A DNA stretch of 64,000 nucleotides from positions 171,995,741 through 172,059,740 of the forward strand of contig CM041465.1 of NCBI GenBank assembly GCA_023213395.1, given 5' to 3'. Both the position numbers and the translations under genes were made by a program. Numbering within the stretch: the stretch's first letter is position 1; each line of letters begins with the position of its first letter. This DNA comes from Cycas panzhihuaensis. Lineage: Eukaryota; Plantae; Cycadophyta. The notes under the pieces are model-generated. The model saw only the letters and a list, made by a program, of their open reading frames with translations, was not told the DNA's origin and made no database searches. Shown here piece by piece: positions 53,019-64,000 of the stretch.

Positions 53019-56000
53019 ATGGCATTAATGCCAGGTACAACCACCTGCATTCTAATTCTAGTATTAACCAGCTTAAACTATACTGACTGGAGGAATCGCA
53101 TATCCCATCAGCTTAAACAGTAAAAGATATAGTGATATGTGATAGGTGAATTTCAAAAACCAAAAGTAGATGCTACTGAGAGTCTTATAGTATATCTGAT
53201 GAACTCAGATACCACCTTAGGCACCATATTAAACTCACTCTCACTAGAAATTAGTTAGTAGTTTTCTGAAAAAGATGACTTAGCCACTGTCTGGAAAACC
53301 TTACAAGAAAAATATGACAAGGTTGATACACATTAAGTGGCTATCTTAGAATAGCAATTGTATAACCTGACCTTTGATGACTTTTTAAACGTTGAGGATT
53401 TTTTAACTAAAATTTAATCAGTTAATAAAGACCTAGATAACTACATCAAATCTAAAACCAAAGAAGGTGATGTTGAAATAATAACTACATATATTAGAGA
53501 CGATGATGCACTCCTATGTCTTGCAGTAAACAAACTACCAATATACTTTAATCTCTTCAAAACTACCAGACAACAAGCTAGTAGCCCACCTATAACATTC
53601 AATCAGTTGACAAACTAACTAATTAAACATCAGACAATGTTAATTCAAACAGGTGCATTAAAAGATCCCTCACAAACTTTATTTTCTAAAACTAAGTCAC
53701 AATTTAAAAATAAACAACTGAACAATAATTTTCATAATAATTCAAAATTTTAGAAACCTCATAGAGGTTCACCATCTAATTCACAAAATAATGTTAAATA
53801 TTCTGGTCCAACTAAATACCAGAACACTTCTAATCAATTCTTTTCTAATAGGAACAACATAACTTCTTCTCAGAACACTAGTTGTGCCTATTGTCATAAA
53901 AGAGGCCATACTATTAATATCTGTAGAAGCAGAATAGCTTCAGAAGCATGGAAAGCTTCCAAGGGATTGCAAAATAAACCTCAATCCCATTCTCAATCAC
54001 GACCCTAAAATCGTCAATTTCATAATCGTTCTTTAACAGCAACAACTTTTGCGTATGTTACTCCTTTAAATCAACCACCACAGTAGATCCTTGACTCTGG
54101 TGTGTCCCATCATATGACTAGACACTAGAAAAATTTAATCACTTATCAATCTAAAATAAACTCTGAAGAAGAGATTTTTTTCAGAAATGGTAATCAACTT
54201 AAATTTAAAGGATCTGGTGATGTTACCCTAAAAGATGGTTCAATCAAGGACATCTTTTACGTACCTAGTTTATTACCAAACCTACTCTCAGTCTATTAAA
54301 TCTGCTAGAAAGACCTTATCGTCGAATTCTAGAAAAATAAATTTATCATAAAGGTTCTATTAAACAAATTTAGATGTATTACTTTAGGACCTGTTGATCA
54401 TAACACAAGTCTCTATAGTCTAACCAGTCTTCAAAATAATAAATCAAAATCTTTTAGTGCCTTTATTACTAAATCTGACTCAGTTAGCAACCTTTGGCAT
54501 GCAAGATTTGGCCATACAAGTTATAGCAAATTATAATATTTAAAGAAGCATGAAATGGTCCATGGTTTACTACCCTTAAACAATGTTTATGGTGTTTGAG
54601 AAGCATGTGTGACAGGTAAACAACACATGGAACCATTTCCATATAAAACTTAATACAGAGCAACTACTCCACTTGAACTTGTCCACTCTGACATATGTGG
54701 ATCCTTTCATATAACATCATACTTAGGTTCTTGTTATTTTGTTACATTCATAGATGATTATTCAAGAAAATGTTTAGTTTATATGCTCAAAATACATAGT
54801 CAAGTGTTTGATATTTTCGTTAAATATAAAATATTAGTTGAAAATCAATCAAATTCAAGAATCAAAATATTTCGATCTGATAATGCTAAGGAATATTTAA
54901 GTGGAAAATTTACTTCTTTCTACAAATCACATGAAATTCGGTTCTAAAATTCTGTTGCTTACACACCTCAATAAAATAGTGTTGCTGAATGCAAAAACTG
55001 TACTCTTGTTAAAATGACTCGTTGCATGTTACATGCAAAGAATCTACATTTAAAATTATGGGCAGAAGCAATTAACTACTCTAATTATTTATTAAATCGT
55101 TTACCTAGTAAATGGCTACAGAACGTTACTCAAGAACAAAAATGGTCTGGAAGAAAACCATTTATCAATCACTTATGAATCTTTGGCAGTATTGCATGGG
55201 GACACATCCCTCACAAAAAATATAAAAAATTAAACAAAAAAAGTCAAAAATACATCTTCGTTGGATACAGCGAAGAGAGTAAAGCCTATAGACTCTCAGA
55301 TCCAGTTACACATAACATTTATATTTTGCGTGATATAATATTTGATGAAGAAATATCTTCTTCAACATCTACTTATGTAGAACTTCCTATTAAAAATTTG
55401 TTAACCCACACTTGTTTGGTTAACCCTTCTGAAAAACAAGCTGATTCAGAAGTTATAGAATCTTTATCAACTCAAGTCTAAAATTGGACTCTATCTAAAT
55501 GCACTGAAACAGATCCTTCTCTTCAGGCTAGTTCATCAAATCAACCTGCATCTGTAGATACAATTACTCACAAGTAATCTATTTGGGCAACCAAAATGCT
55601 TGCTGATGCTGGATCTGATATAGGTAATCCTACCGATTCCATATGCACACGTGCATAAAAACTACATGCTAATTTTGCCTTAATGGAAAAAATAATGGAC
55701 AATAATAATCCCAAAACATTCAAACAAGCTAGCAATAATCTTATATGGTAGAATGCTATGTAGACTAAATTTGCTACCTTAATTAAAAATTCAACCTGGG
55801 ATCTTGTTTCTCTCCCACCTGGAAAAAATGTTATTGACTGTAAATGGGTTTATAGGACTAAATATAACTCAATAGACATAGTGGAAAACTATAAAGCTCG
55901 CCTTGTTACAAAAGGAATTTATCAAATAGATAGTATTGATTATAATGAAACCTTTGCCCCTGTTGCAAAGATGAACACAATCAAGACAATTATTACTCTT

Positions 56001-57251
56001 GCAGCTAAATTTGGTTGAGAAATCCACCAAATGGATGTTAAGAGTGCTTTCTTGAATGGTGATCTCAAAGAAGAGATCTATATGTCACAGCCACATGGAT
56101 TTATTGAAAATCTTAATTTAGTTTACAAATTTAAAAAATCCATTTACGGTTTAAAATAAGCTCATCGAGCTTGGCATATCAAAGTCGATGATTATTTAAT
56201 TCACATTGGATACATTAGATGTATTAGTGATCCAAATCTTTATTTTAAACATGAAAATAAAAATCTTACTATTCTAATTCTCTATGTTGATGATATTATT
56301 ATTACTGGATCATCAATTCATAATATTCATCATCTAAAATCAACTTTAATGAACAAATTTGAAATGACTAATTTAGGTCTATTACATTACTTTTTTGGTT
56401 TACAAGTTTATTAAAATCATTCAAATATAACAATATCTCAACCTAAGTATATTCTAGACTTAATACGACAGTTTAACATGGAAAATGCTAAACCCGTATC
56501 AAATCCATTACAATCAGGAGTTAAACTATCTATTGATTGTCCAACTCTGTTATATGATCCAACTCTATACAGACAACTCATTGGTAGTCTAATCTATCTT
56601 ACTCACACCCGCCCTAACATTTCTTATGCTATTGTTTTATGTTCTCGTTATATGCAACAACCACACGAATCTCACTAGAAAGCTACTAAACATATCTTAC
56701 GTTATCTAAAGCATACTATCTTTTATAGACTAACTTATAATTTTTATAATAAACCACTAACGTTAACTGGATATAGTGATTCCGATTGGGCAGGTGATTT
56801 AAATAATCATAAATCTACTTTAGGTTATGTATTTTTTATAGATTCCTCACCTATTACTTGGTCTAGCAAAAAAATACAGGCACTAGCTTTATCTACAACT
56901 GAAGCTGAATATCGAGCATTGGTTAAAGCTGGTAAAGAAGCAATATGGTTTAAATCACTACTAAATGAAATTAATCTATCTCTAAACTCTTCCATTGAAA
57001 TTATAGTTGATAACCAAGGTGCAATTACTATAGCTACTAATCCTATTACACATTCTAGGACTAAGCATATTGAATTACATCAACACTTTATTCGTAATTT
57101 AGTTACTGATAATCTTGTTTCTTTGTCTTGTTATCCAACAGATTTACAGATTGCTAACATACTTACAAAGTCTCTAACTGAAGTTAAATTCTTAAACCTC
57201 AGAGATTTATTGCAGATAAAAGAAGTCTCCATCAAAGGGGGATCATCGTGA
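53019..57251 (+). pseudogene. Copia gag-pol of element E, disrupted
   Basis: NYTDWR (gag), CAYCHKRGHTINIC (zinc knuckle), ILDSGVSHHMT (protease), LWHARFGH, FIDDYSRK (integrase), [17 protein letters not shown] (RT), SDSDWAG, HSRTKHI (RNase H). Confidence 0.96.
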
Positions 57252-60200
57252 TGAAGCTCTTCTTTCCTCTCCAGTATAAAAGTTTACATTAAAGGAGGAT
57301 GTTAGGATATTAGATAATATAATGTAAACTTTATGTTTCTTAATGTTATTATTTAGTCACATGTTTAAATTGTAATTTAAGTAATTATAATGTTTAAACT
57401 TAGGTTTATATTAATTAATTTGTGGATGGTCATTGAAATATAGAACTGTATTCCAACGAACCTCCGTACTATTTATTCATCTCCTAGATTCATAGAGATG
57501 GTTCCAGGAATCTAGGAGGTCTATCCAAATGACTATTTAAAGGCTAGTTTCAGTTGTTGGTGGTTTTGTATAGTGGTTTTAGTTCTTTATTAATAAAATT
57601 AGCTTTAGAGGCGATTTTTCTTCCCTATAAGGGGTTTTCCACTTGTCAATTAACATGTACTTGTGCAGTGTTAATTTCTGGTTATTTCCTGCTTCCATTG
57701 ATCCTGTTAATGATGTACTTGTGCCTATTCTCTCACAACTACGAATAGATGATAATCATAGTTGGGTGACACTATGAGAAATATTTTAGCTCAAGATGAT
57801 AATCATTGTGATGGGAGGATAGCATATAGATATATGATTAAAATATCACAAATTTAATATGAATAAATTCACTTTAAAATATATTCATTGCCCGCATAGA
57901 ATAAAATTCTAACTGATAGTATATATAGCTTAAATATACATCATGCCAGTAATTGATATATATTCAAACCCTAAAATAATCAAGGAGTGATCAAAATATA
58001 TTTTATAAGAGCATACCTTTATATTGACTATAATATTGACTTCACGGCACTACAATGGAATAGCTAGGGTTTCTGCACTCTCCCACCAGAAATAGAGGGC
58101 TAGCAATTGACTCTAGGACATGCAAACTCAATGGCAATGTTAAATAGGGATCTGGCACCTTTAGTAGATTTAAATGGCTCTCACATGGCTAGAAATAAAG
58201 TCAAAACTCATCCACACACCTCCATATAGATCATAATACTTGTAAATAATAAATAGAAGGCTCTCAAGATTCTCAACGATCACCTGCAGTATTATGGTTG
58301 TTCTATAGGGTTGTCGAGTATGTCAATCCACTAAGGGCAAGTTAGCATGACCTGGCACCATCGATTGGACCTCTGACAATATTCATTTGCCTATGCATGA
58401 CCTACAAGCTCTAATACCATGTTAGAAAATGTAACTAAAGTAAATAAGGCCAATGACATCTTTCACATCGGGCAGATAAGAAGCAAGAACGGATACACGA
58501 GACACCATATTGTCATGGGAAACCCTTATGGGTGAAAACCCACAAATAAATAATATTTCATATTATGGCAAAATGATGATATTACAAAGGTATACTTTGA
58601 TCTATATTTATAGATCTAAAGTACCAAATATAATTACAATTACATCTATCATCTCACTACAATCGAGGATATTCATCCATATAATTAGGCATAAAAATAT
58701 GAGGCCCACTTTATATTAGGTGGTATGGTCACATATTTTAACAATTTTAAATTCCTTGCATATGTCTTCTTTAAATTTTTAAGATAACTGAGAATCATTG
58801 CTTGTATAAATATGGTCATTAATGTATAAGCCTACAATGAGTATCAATCTTCCTTTCACCTTAATATACAAATTAGGATTAGATTGACTCCTCTAGAATC
58901 CTTTATCTTTAAAGTATTTATTAATCCTAGAGTACTAAGCTATAACTTCTTGTTTGAGTCTATATAATATTTTTTTGAGTTTAAAAACCTTGTGTTCTTC
59001 CCTCTTCACTTCAAAATCTTTGGGTTATTGGATATAAATTTCTTCTTCTATATATCCATTCAAGAAGGTACTCTTAACATCTATTTATTGAACTGTCCAA
59101 CCCTCTTGTGTGCCTAAATCCATCATCAGATGAACTATCTCCATTCTAGCAACTAGTACAAATATCTTACTGTAGTCAATACCTTCAACTTGTGCATATC
59201 CTTTGGCAACTAATCTTATCTTATATTTGTCGATTGTTCTATTTGATCTATATTTAATCTTATAAACTCATTTTATTATAATAATATTTTTATTTAGTGG
59301 CAAATCAACTAACTTCCAACTATTATTTTAAACTAAGGCACTATGCTCTTCCTTCATGGCATCTTTCCATTTATCTTTTATATTAGCCTCTTTAAAGTTA
59401 TAAGGTTCATTTGATTCCATTACTTGATTCATCAAAATAAAGTTAACGTTTTGAAAGTGAGTGGTCATTCTCTTAAAGTTGTTGTCTAAAATATTCAAAA
59501 GATCATAACCCCTTTAAATCTATTTTAGAATATTTTAATTGAATGTAGAAGGTCTTGCTTCATTTGGACTTAGAGTATTTGTAGACTTTAGATTTGAATC
59601 AACTTCAACTATAATCTTCTTTTCTTTATCCTTTTTAACTCCTTCTCAATAGCATTAATCTTCCTTGAAGATGACATCCCTGCTTACAATTATCTTCTTT
59701 TCTTTTAGGTCATATAATTTATAAGAATTAGAAACATCATGATATCCTATAAATATATACTTGGTGTTTTTATCATCTAACTTTATTCTTCTTTATTTTA
59801 TAATATAGGCATATGCTAAGCATCCAAAAATCTTTAAGTGTTGTATGCTTGTCTTATAACCTAACTAAGCTTCCTTTAGTGTGACCCATCTAACAGCCTT
59901 GGTGATATACCTGTTTAACAAATAGACTAATGTATGTACTACTTATACCTAAAATTCATGTCCAAGTTGCTTATCCTCAAGCATACTTTTGGTCATTTCA
60001 ACAATAGTTCTTTTTTTCCTTTCTACAACTTTACTTTATTGTAGAGTATAAGGATTGGTGAGATGCTTCCTTATACCATAGTAGTTGTTATATGCCTTCA
60101 ATTCATTTGAAATGAATTCTCTTCTATTATCTGATCTAAGGGTAAGAATTCTAAGGCCACTCTATTTTTCAACCAAAGTTTTAAAATCAATGAAACATTG

Positions 60201-62191
60201 AAAGATATCTAATTTGAACTTGATAAAATATGCCCAAGTCTTTCTAGTAAAGTCATTAATGAAAGTCATAAAGTATTTTATACTACCTTATGAAGGCATA
60301 TCCATAGGTCCATATAAGTCTATATAAATCAATTGAAGAGAGCCTTAAGCCCTATATCTATCATTTAGAAAACTCTCTTTGTTATTTCCCAAGAATGCAT
60401 CCTTCACAAATTTCTTTACTTGCTTCTATAATGGGGATTCCAATTACCATCTCTATCATTTTTATTAATGTTAAGCTGTTATAATTTACATGGACAAACC
60501 TCTTATGCCATGTTACATTATCAACATTGATTAAGGCTTTCAAAGTATAAGTATCTGATGGAGAAATTATTAATTTGAATAGTCTATCATTAGTCATTTA
60601 TTCCTTTGCTACAACTACTTTGTTCCTTAACTTATCTTTAATTGTACATTTACTATTATTGAAAATAACATTATAATATTGTTCCATTATCTGACCCACT
60701 AAGAGTAGGTTCTTCTTAAGAGTTGGAATATATAAAACATCATTGATACTTTTTGTTTCTCCTAATTTAGTAGTTTTAGATATATTGCCCTTTCTAGCAA
60801 CAACATGGGTAGTATTATCCCTAAACATGATTCTTATTTTCTTATACTTATCAATTTCTTCAAACAATTCCTCTTTGTAAGTCATATAAGTTGAATATCT
60901 CGAATCAATGTACCAATTATCTTCTTCTTCACTAGCCACTAAATTTGAAAGAAAAAGTTTATAATAACCTCTATCTTTAATTGCTATGCTGGTGGTCCCC
61001 TTTTAAGTACTTACATTTTTAACAAAGCAATTTTCTTCTAAGTATCCCATTCTATGGCAAAAGGAGCATTGGACGGTTCCTCTTCCTCTTTGACTTCTAC
61101 CTCTTGAAGTTCTTATTCCTATAGAAATTATTCTTCATCTTCCAAAGTTTTGGCCTAGTCCTTGGCCTTGAAAATTCCTTTATTCTTTCCATTGATAGCT
61201 TTAGTTTAGTCCTTAAAAACTTTTTTGACTTTAGAAATTACTTTGTCCTTAGTAATTTTGATAGTTTTATAAGCTTTGCCCTTGGTTTCTTTCTCTTCTT
61301 TTAGGAGATTGGCCCCTTTTCCTAGAACTTTGTCCTTAAAATTTTTGTCTTATTCTTATCTTGGTGGAAAAAGCATGCTTAAATGACTTATTGCTCCCTT
61401 TCTTTTCTTCAATAACTAGAAGTATAATACTTAGTTGATCGATTCTAAGTGTGTTAAGGTTTTTGGATACTTTAATGCTAGTTGCTACCATTTCAAATCT
61501 TTTAATTTCTCCAACACACCTTAAGATATTTTTCATAATCTTTTATTCACTTATCACTTCTCACAGAGACCTCATTTGATTCACTAAATATTGATCTTTG
61601 GTAATAAACTCATTGACTCCTTCTATAGTTATCATCCTTAAGTTTTTAAACTTGCTTCTAAGTATTTGCAACTTAGAAAATACTGCTCCTTTATATGTTA
61701 TTTTGAGGATGTCCTAAACTTCCTTAGAGGTTGTAGCCTTGCTTACATTTGTTGGAGTGTAATGTCATCACTCAACTCCCTCTTACCTACCAGGATTATG
61801 CACCTCAATTTAGACATGTGATGCTCAACATGTCAAGGTAAGTTAAGGTAAGTTAATATTAATTTGAGTTAGTTTATTTAAGTTAAGTTACATTATTTTA
61901 TTATTAATTTGAATTCAGGGGTTGAGGAGTTTCCCTCCTCCCCCAAAACTATTTATATTATGGGGTGTACAACCCTGGTGTCTTTAGACACTGCCTTCTT
62001 TGAGGATATTTGTCATGCTTTCAATAACAATGAATTGAAGATAATGCTATCGTGCTTTCATAGTTCATTTGTACAATATCGATCTACATTGCTACATTGT
62101 TACATAGATTTGTATTAAATATTTGATGCAATATTGTTATTTTGAATATATTAAAGTTTATTATATCTTTCGCCTGTTCTCCTTGTATATT

Positions 62192-62300
62192 ATATTTCCA
62201 ACATTTGGTATCAGAGCAGTTTAACTACATTCTATTTTCCTACATTTGGTATCAGAGTAGTTTAGCTATATTTTATTTCCATCATTTGGTATCAGAGCAG
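62192..62300 (+). repeat. Three tandem ~40-bp units, each an LTR-end sequence plus a tRNA-Met PBS
   Basis: TGGTATCAGAG at 62206, 62247 and 62287, preceded by TTCCAACATT, TTCCTACATT and TTCCATCATT respectively. Confidence 0.93.
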
Positions 62301-63539
62301 GCGATTACTGATCTGTGAAGATTTGTGAAGATCTACGTAGGATTTTCAGTAGTAAGTTATATACATTCAAGTTTTATTCTCATATTTAAGTTATTTTCTC
62401 TTTAGATCTACAGATTTATCATATATTTTGACAGTTTATAAGTTTTTTGTCTACTTATTTAATATTTTTTGCAGATTTGCAAAAGAGCATCAGCTGCATA
62501 CAAAAGTTATCAAGTTTTCTTCAAAGATCTATAATTTGTTACTTTAGATCTGCTATTTTTATTATAGATCTACTATACTCACGTCGGATTTGTATTATTT
62601 AACTTAAGATCTGCTTATTTTATCAAGTTTTTCCAGCATTTTTTGCTACATTTAGTTCAGATCTATTATATTTCATTTCAGATCTATATTTTTCATTATA
62701 TTATTTGACTATATTTTCAAGTTTTCTATATATCTAGAATTTCTAGAGCATATTTAGTTTTTTTAGAGAAGAATACATTGCAGATCTATATATTGGAAGT
62801 TTTTGAAGCTTATTTTTTAGCTACAAAGTCAGCTACAACTGCGTGTTCCAGGTTCTTCAGTTCCATTTTCAAATTTACACATATTTTATATATCTATTCA
62901 ATATATTCCTTTGAAAAATTTTTCAAATATAAATATATAAGTATTTTTTATGATATATTCTCTTCAAAATATTTAAAAAAATTATTAATATTGTGACTCT
63001 GTTATATGAGTATATTGCTCCATTAAGTTGTTTTACTGTTATTATTTGAAGAAATTTCTATAAAATCTCTGTGCATATACAAATAATTACCTTTTTTTAA
63101 TTGATTTTAGAATAGATTTATCCATATTCATATTCAAAACAAATTGAAGAATTTGCTGATATTATAAATTAGCACAATCTTCATTTTTTTGTAAAAATAC
63201 CACATAGAATCTTCCCAGTGATTGGGTGAGTTAGATAAAACCCTCTATCATACAGATTCTTTGTCATGCATTGAACTTAATCCCAATCTGCAGTATCCCA
63301 TAGCAAAAGCACTTCAATCTCTTTGAATACCCATTTCTGTTTCAATACATTTAAAAATTCCAGATACAAATATATATTCCTTTTTAACAAGAAACAACAA
63401 TTTTTGTACAAATATATGATTTTTTAAATTTTTTCTTTATTTTGTATCAAGATAGGCACAATGTGCTTTCTTGTTTTGGTAGTTGATTTCATCCTCTTTT
63501 CTTGGGAGGCATTCCCACTTGATTGGACATTCTAAACAA

Positions 63540-63772
63540 CATTAGAACATCTTCTAATTTAAAAGAAAAAAATAAAAAATAAAAAGACCTAAAGAAGCAG
63601 TACAAATTAGTCCAGACCAACTCCACCCAGGTTCTTTCAAGCAAAATTGAACAAACAATAAGAAATCTGACCCTGCATCCCTGTGTATTCAAAAGATATT
63701 ATTGATTAGCCTCTCAGCTTCACTTTCACCCAGTAAGTTTTTCCATATGATAAATAGTTTGCTCTCTAAGTC
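63540..63772 (-). pseudogene. Captured fragment resembling plant VPS13 (VPS13X-like adaptor-binding region), antisense to F
   Basis: Minus-strand frame 63772-63587: DLESKLFIIWKNLLGESEAERLINNIF*IHRDAGSDFLLFVQFCLKEPGWSWSGLICTASLG, then a T-expanded tract and ...RRCSN. Matches the recalled plant VPS13 motif FIQFC.K..GWSWSGP.C..S(L/I)GRFFLKF(R/K). Confidence 0.65.
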
Positions 63773-64000
63773 CAAGTGCAATTACAACACTAATATAGAA
63801 AAAGTGTGTCCAGTATATTAAAGTCTTTATAAATAAAAGCTGAATATCAACTGTCTTCATATCACTTGTAGCCTTTGTTAGAGCTACAACAAGCGATAAG
63901 CTGTCTACATCGTCATCTGCCTCAACACTAAGCTATCTTATATGGCTTCATTATTAATAACAATGGTCATTGTACGTTAGTGTTTCGGGTGCTATACGTT

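Larger units (their letters stand above)
50320..57737 (+). mobile_element. Element E: full-length degenerate Copia with a ~2.3 kb cargo-bearing leader, nested in G
   Basis: LTRs 50320-50743 and 57300-57737 (14-bp indel), TSD ACTAC (50315-50319, 57738-57742), PBS at 50744-50755, PPT AAAGGAGGA at 57291-57299. Confidence 0.97.
47274..58743 (-). mobile_element. Element G: non-autonomous LTR element (LARD/TRIM-like) nested in H
   Basis: 324-bp LTRs at 58420-58743 (5') and 47274-47597 (3'). PBS TGGTATTAGAGC (reverse complement of 58408-58419), PPT reverse complement of 47598-47606, TSD ATTTC/ATTTT. The ~3.4 kb internal region has no recognisable pol. Confidence 0.92.
46121..61749 (-). mobile_element. 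Element H: degenerate Copia related to A, interrupted by G (containing E) in RT and by F in gag
   Basis: Putative 3' LTR ~46121-46390 with PPT at 46391-46403, RT/RH at 46404-47273, remainder at 58749-61749. Removing G restores CKEFEMTDL. Peptides resemble those of A (RLFKL..SPSDTY.LK; RFEMVATSI..SK.L.TL.I.QL). Confidence 0.9.
61750..64000 (+). mobile_element. Element F: D-family LTR element inserted in the gag of H, truncated by the window end
   Basis: LTR 61750-62203 is homologous to the D LTRs (TGTTGGAG..TCATCACTC..TTTAGACATGTGATGCTCAACATGTCAAGGTAAGTT). PBS at 62206. Leader 62341-62845 is homologous to D 41211-41785. Confidence 0.9.

Noticed and set aside
62192-62300. CRISPR-like repeat-spacer array
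   Set aside because: The repeat is the retrotransposon PBS, the spacers are homologous to each other, the context is eukaryotic, and there are no cas genes.
63280-63330. Rab/Ras GTPase fragment (LLLWDTA)
   Set aside because: WDTAGQE is incomplete (WDTADWD) and no other G motifs are present.

Overview
AT-rich, CpG-depleted plant intergenic DNA made almost entirely of decayed and nested LTR retrotransposons. I found no intact host gene. Four elements have both LTRs and target-site duplications: A (6500-16120, Copia with gag-pol), D (40603-45887, non-autonomous, partial gag), G (47274-58743, minus strand, non-autonomous) and E (50320-57737, Copia nested in G). G and element F (61750 to the window end) are inserted in a minus-strand Copia H. 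Older debris includes Copia deletion derivatives B and C and a chromovirus-type Gypsy remnant. The main observation is that the long leaders downstream of the tRNA-Met primer site (PBS) carry recognisable host-gene fragments. A has a gymnosperm-type PAL exon piece and an antisense R3-MYB exon, E has an antisense DLEC1/CFAP81-like flagellar gene piece, and F has an antisense VPS13-like piece. The leader scaffold is shared in mosaic fashion among A, D and F, although A has unrelated LTRs, and a variable cargo segment sits between conserved flanks. Protein assignments come from manual translation and motif recall, not database searches. The cargo suggests a non-flowering vascular plant with flagellated sperm, such as a cycad or Ginkgo (inference).
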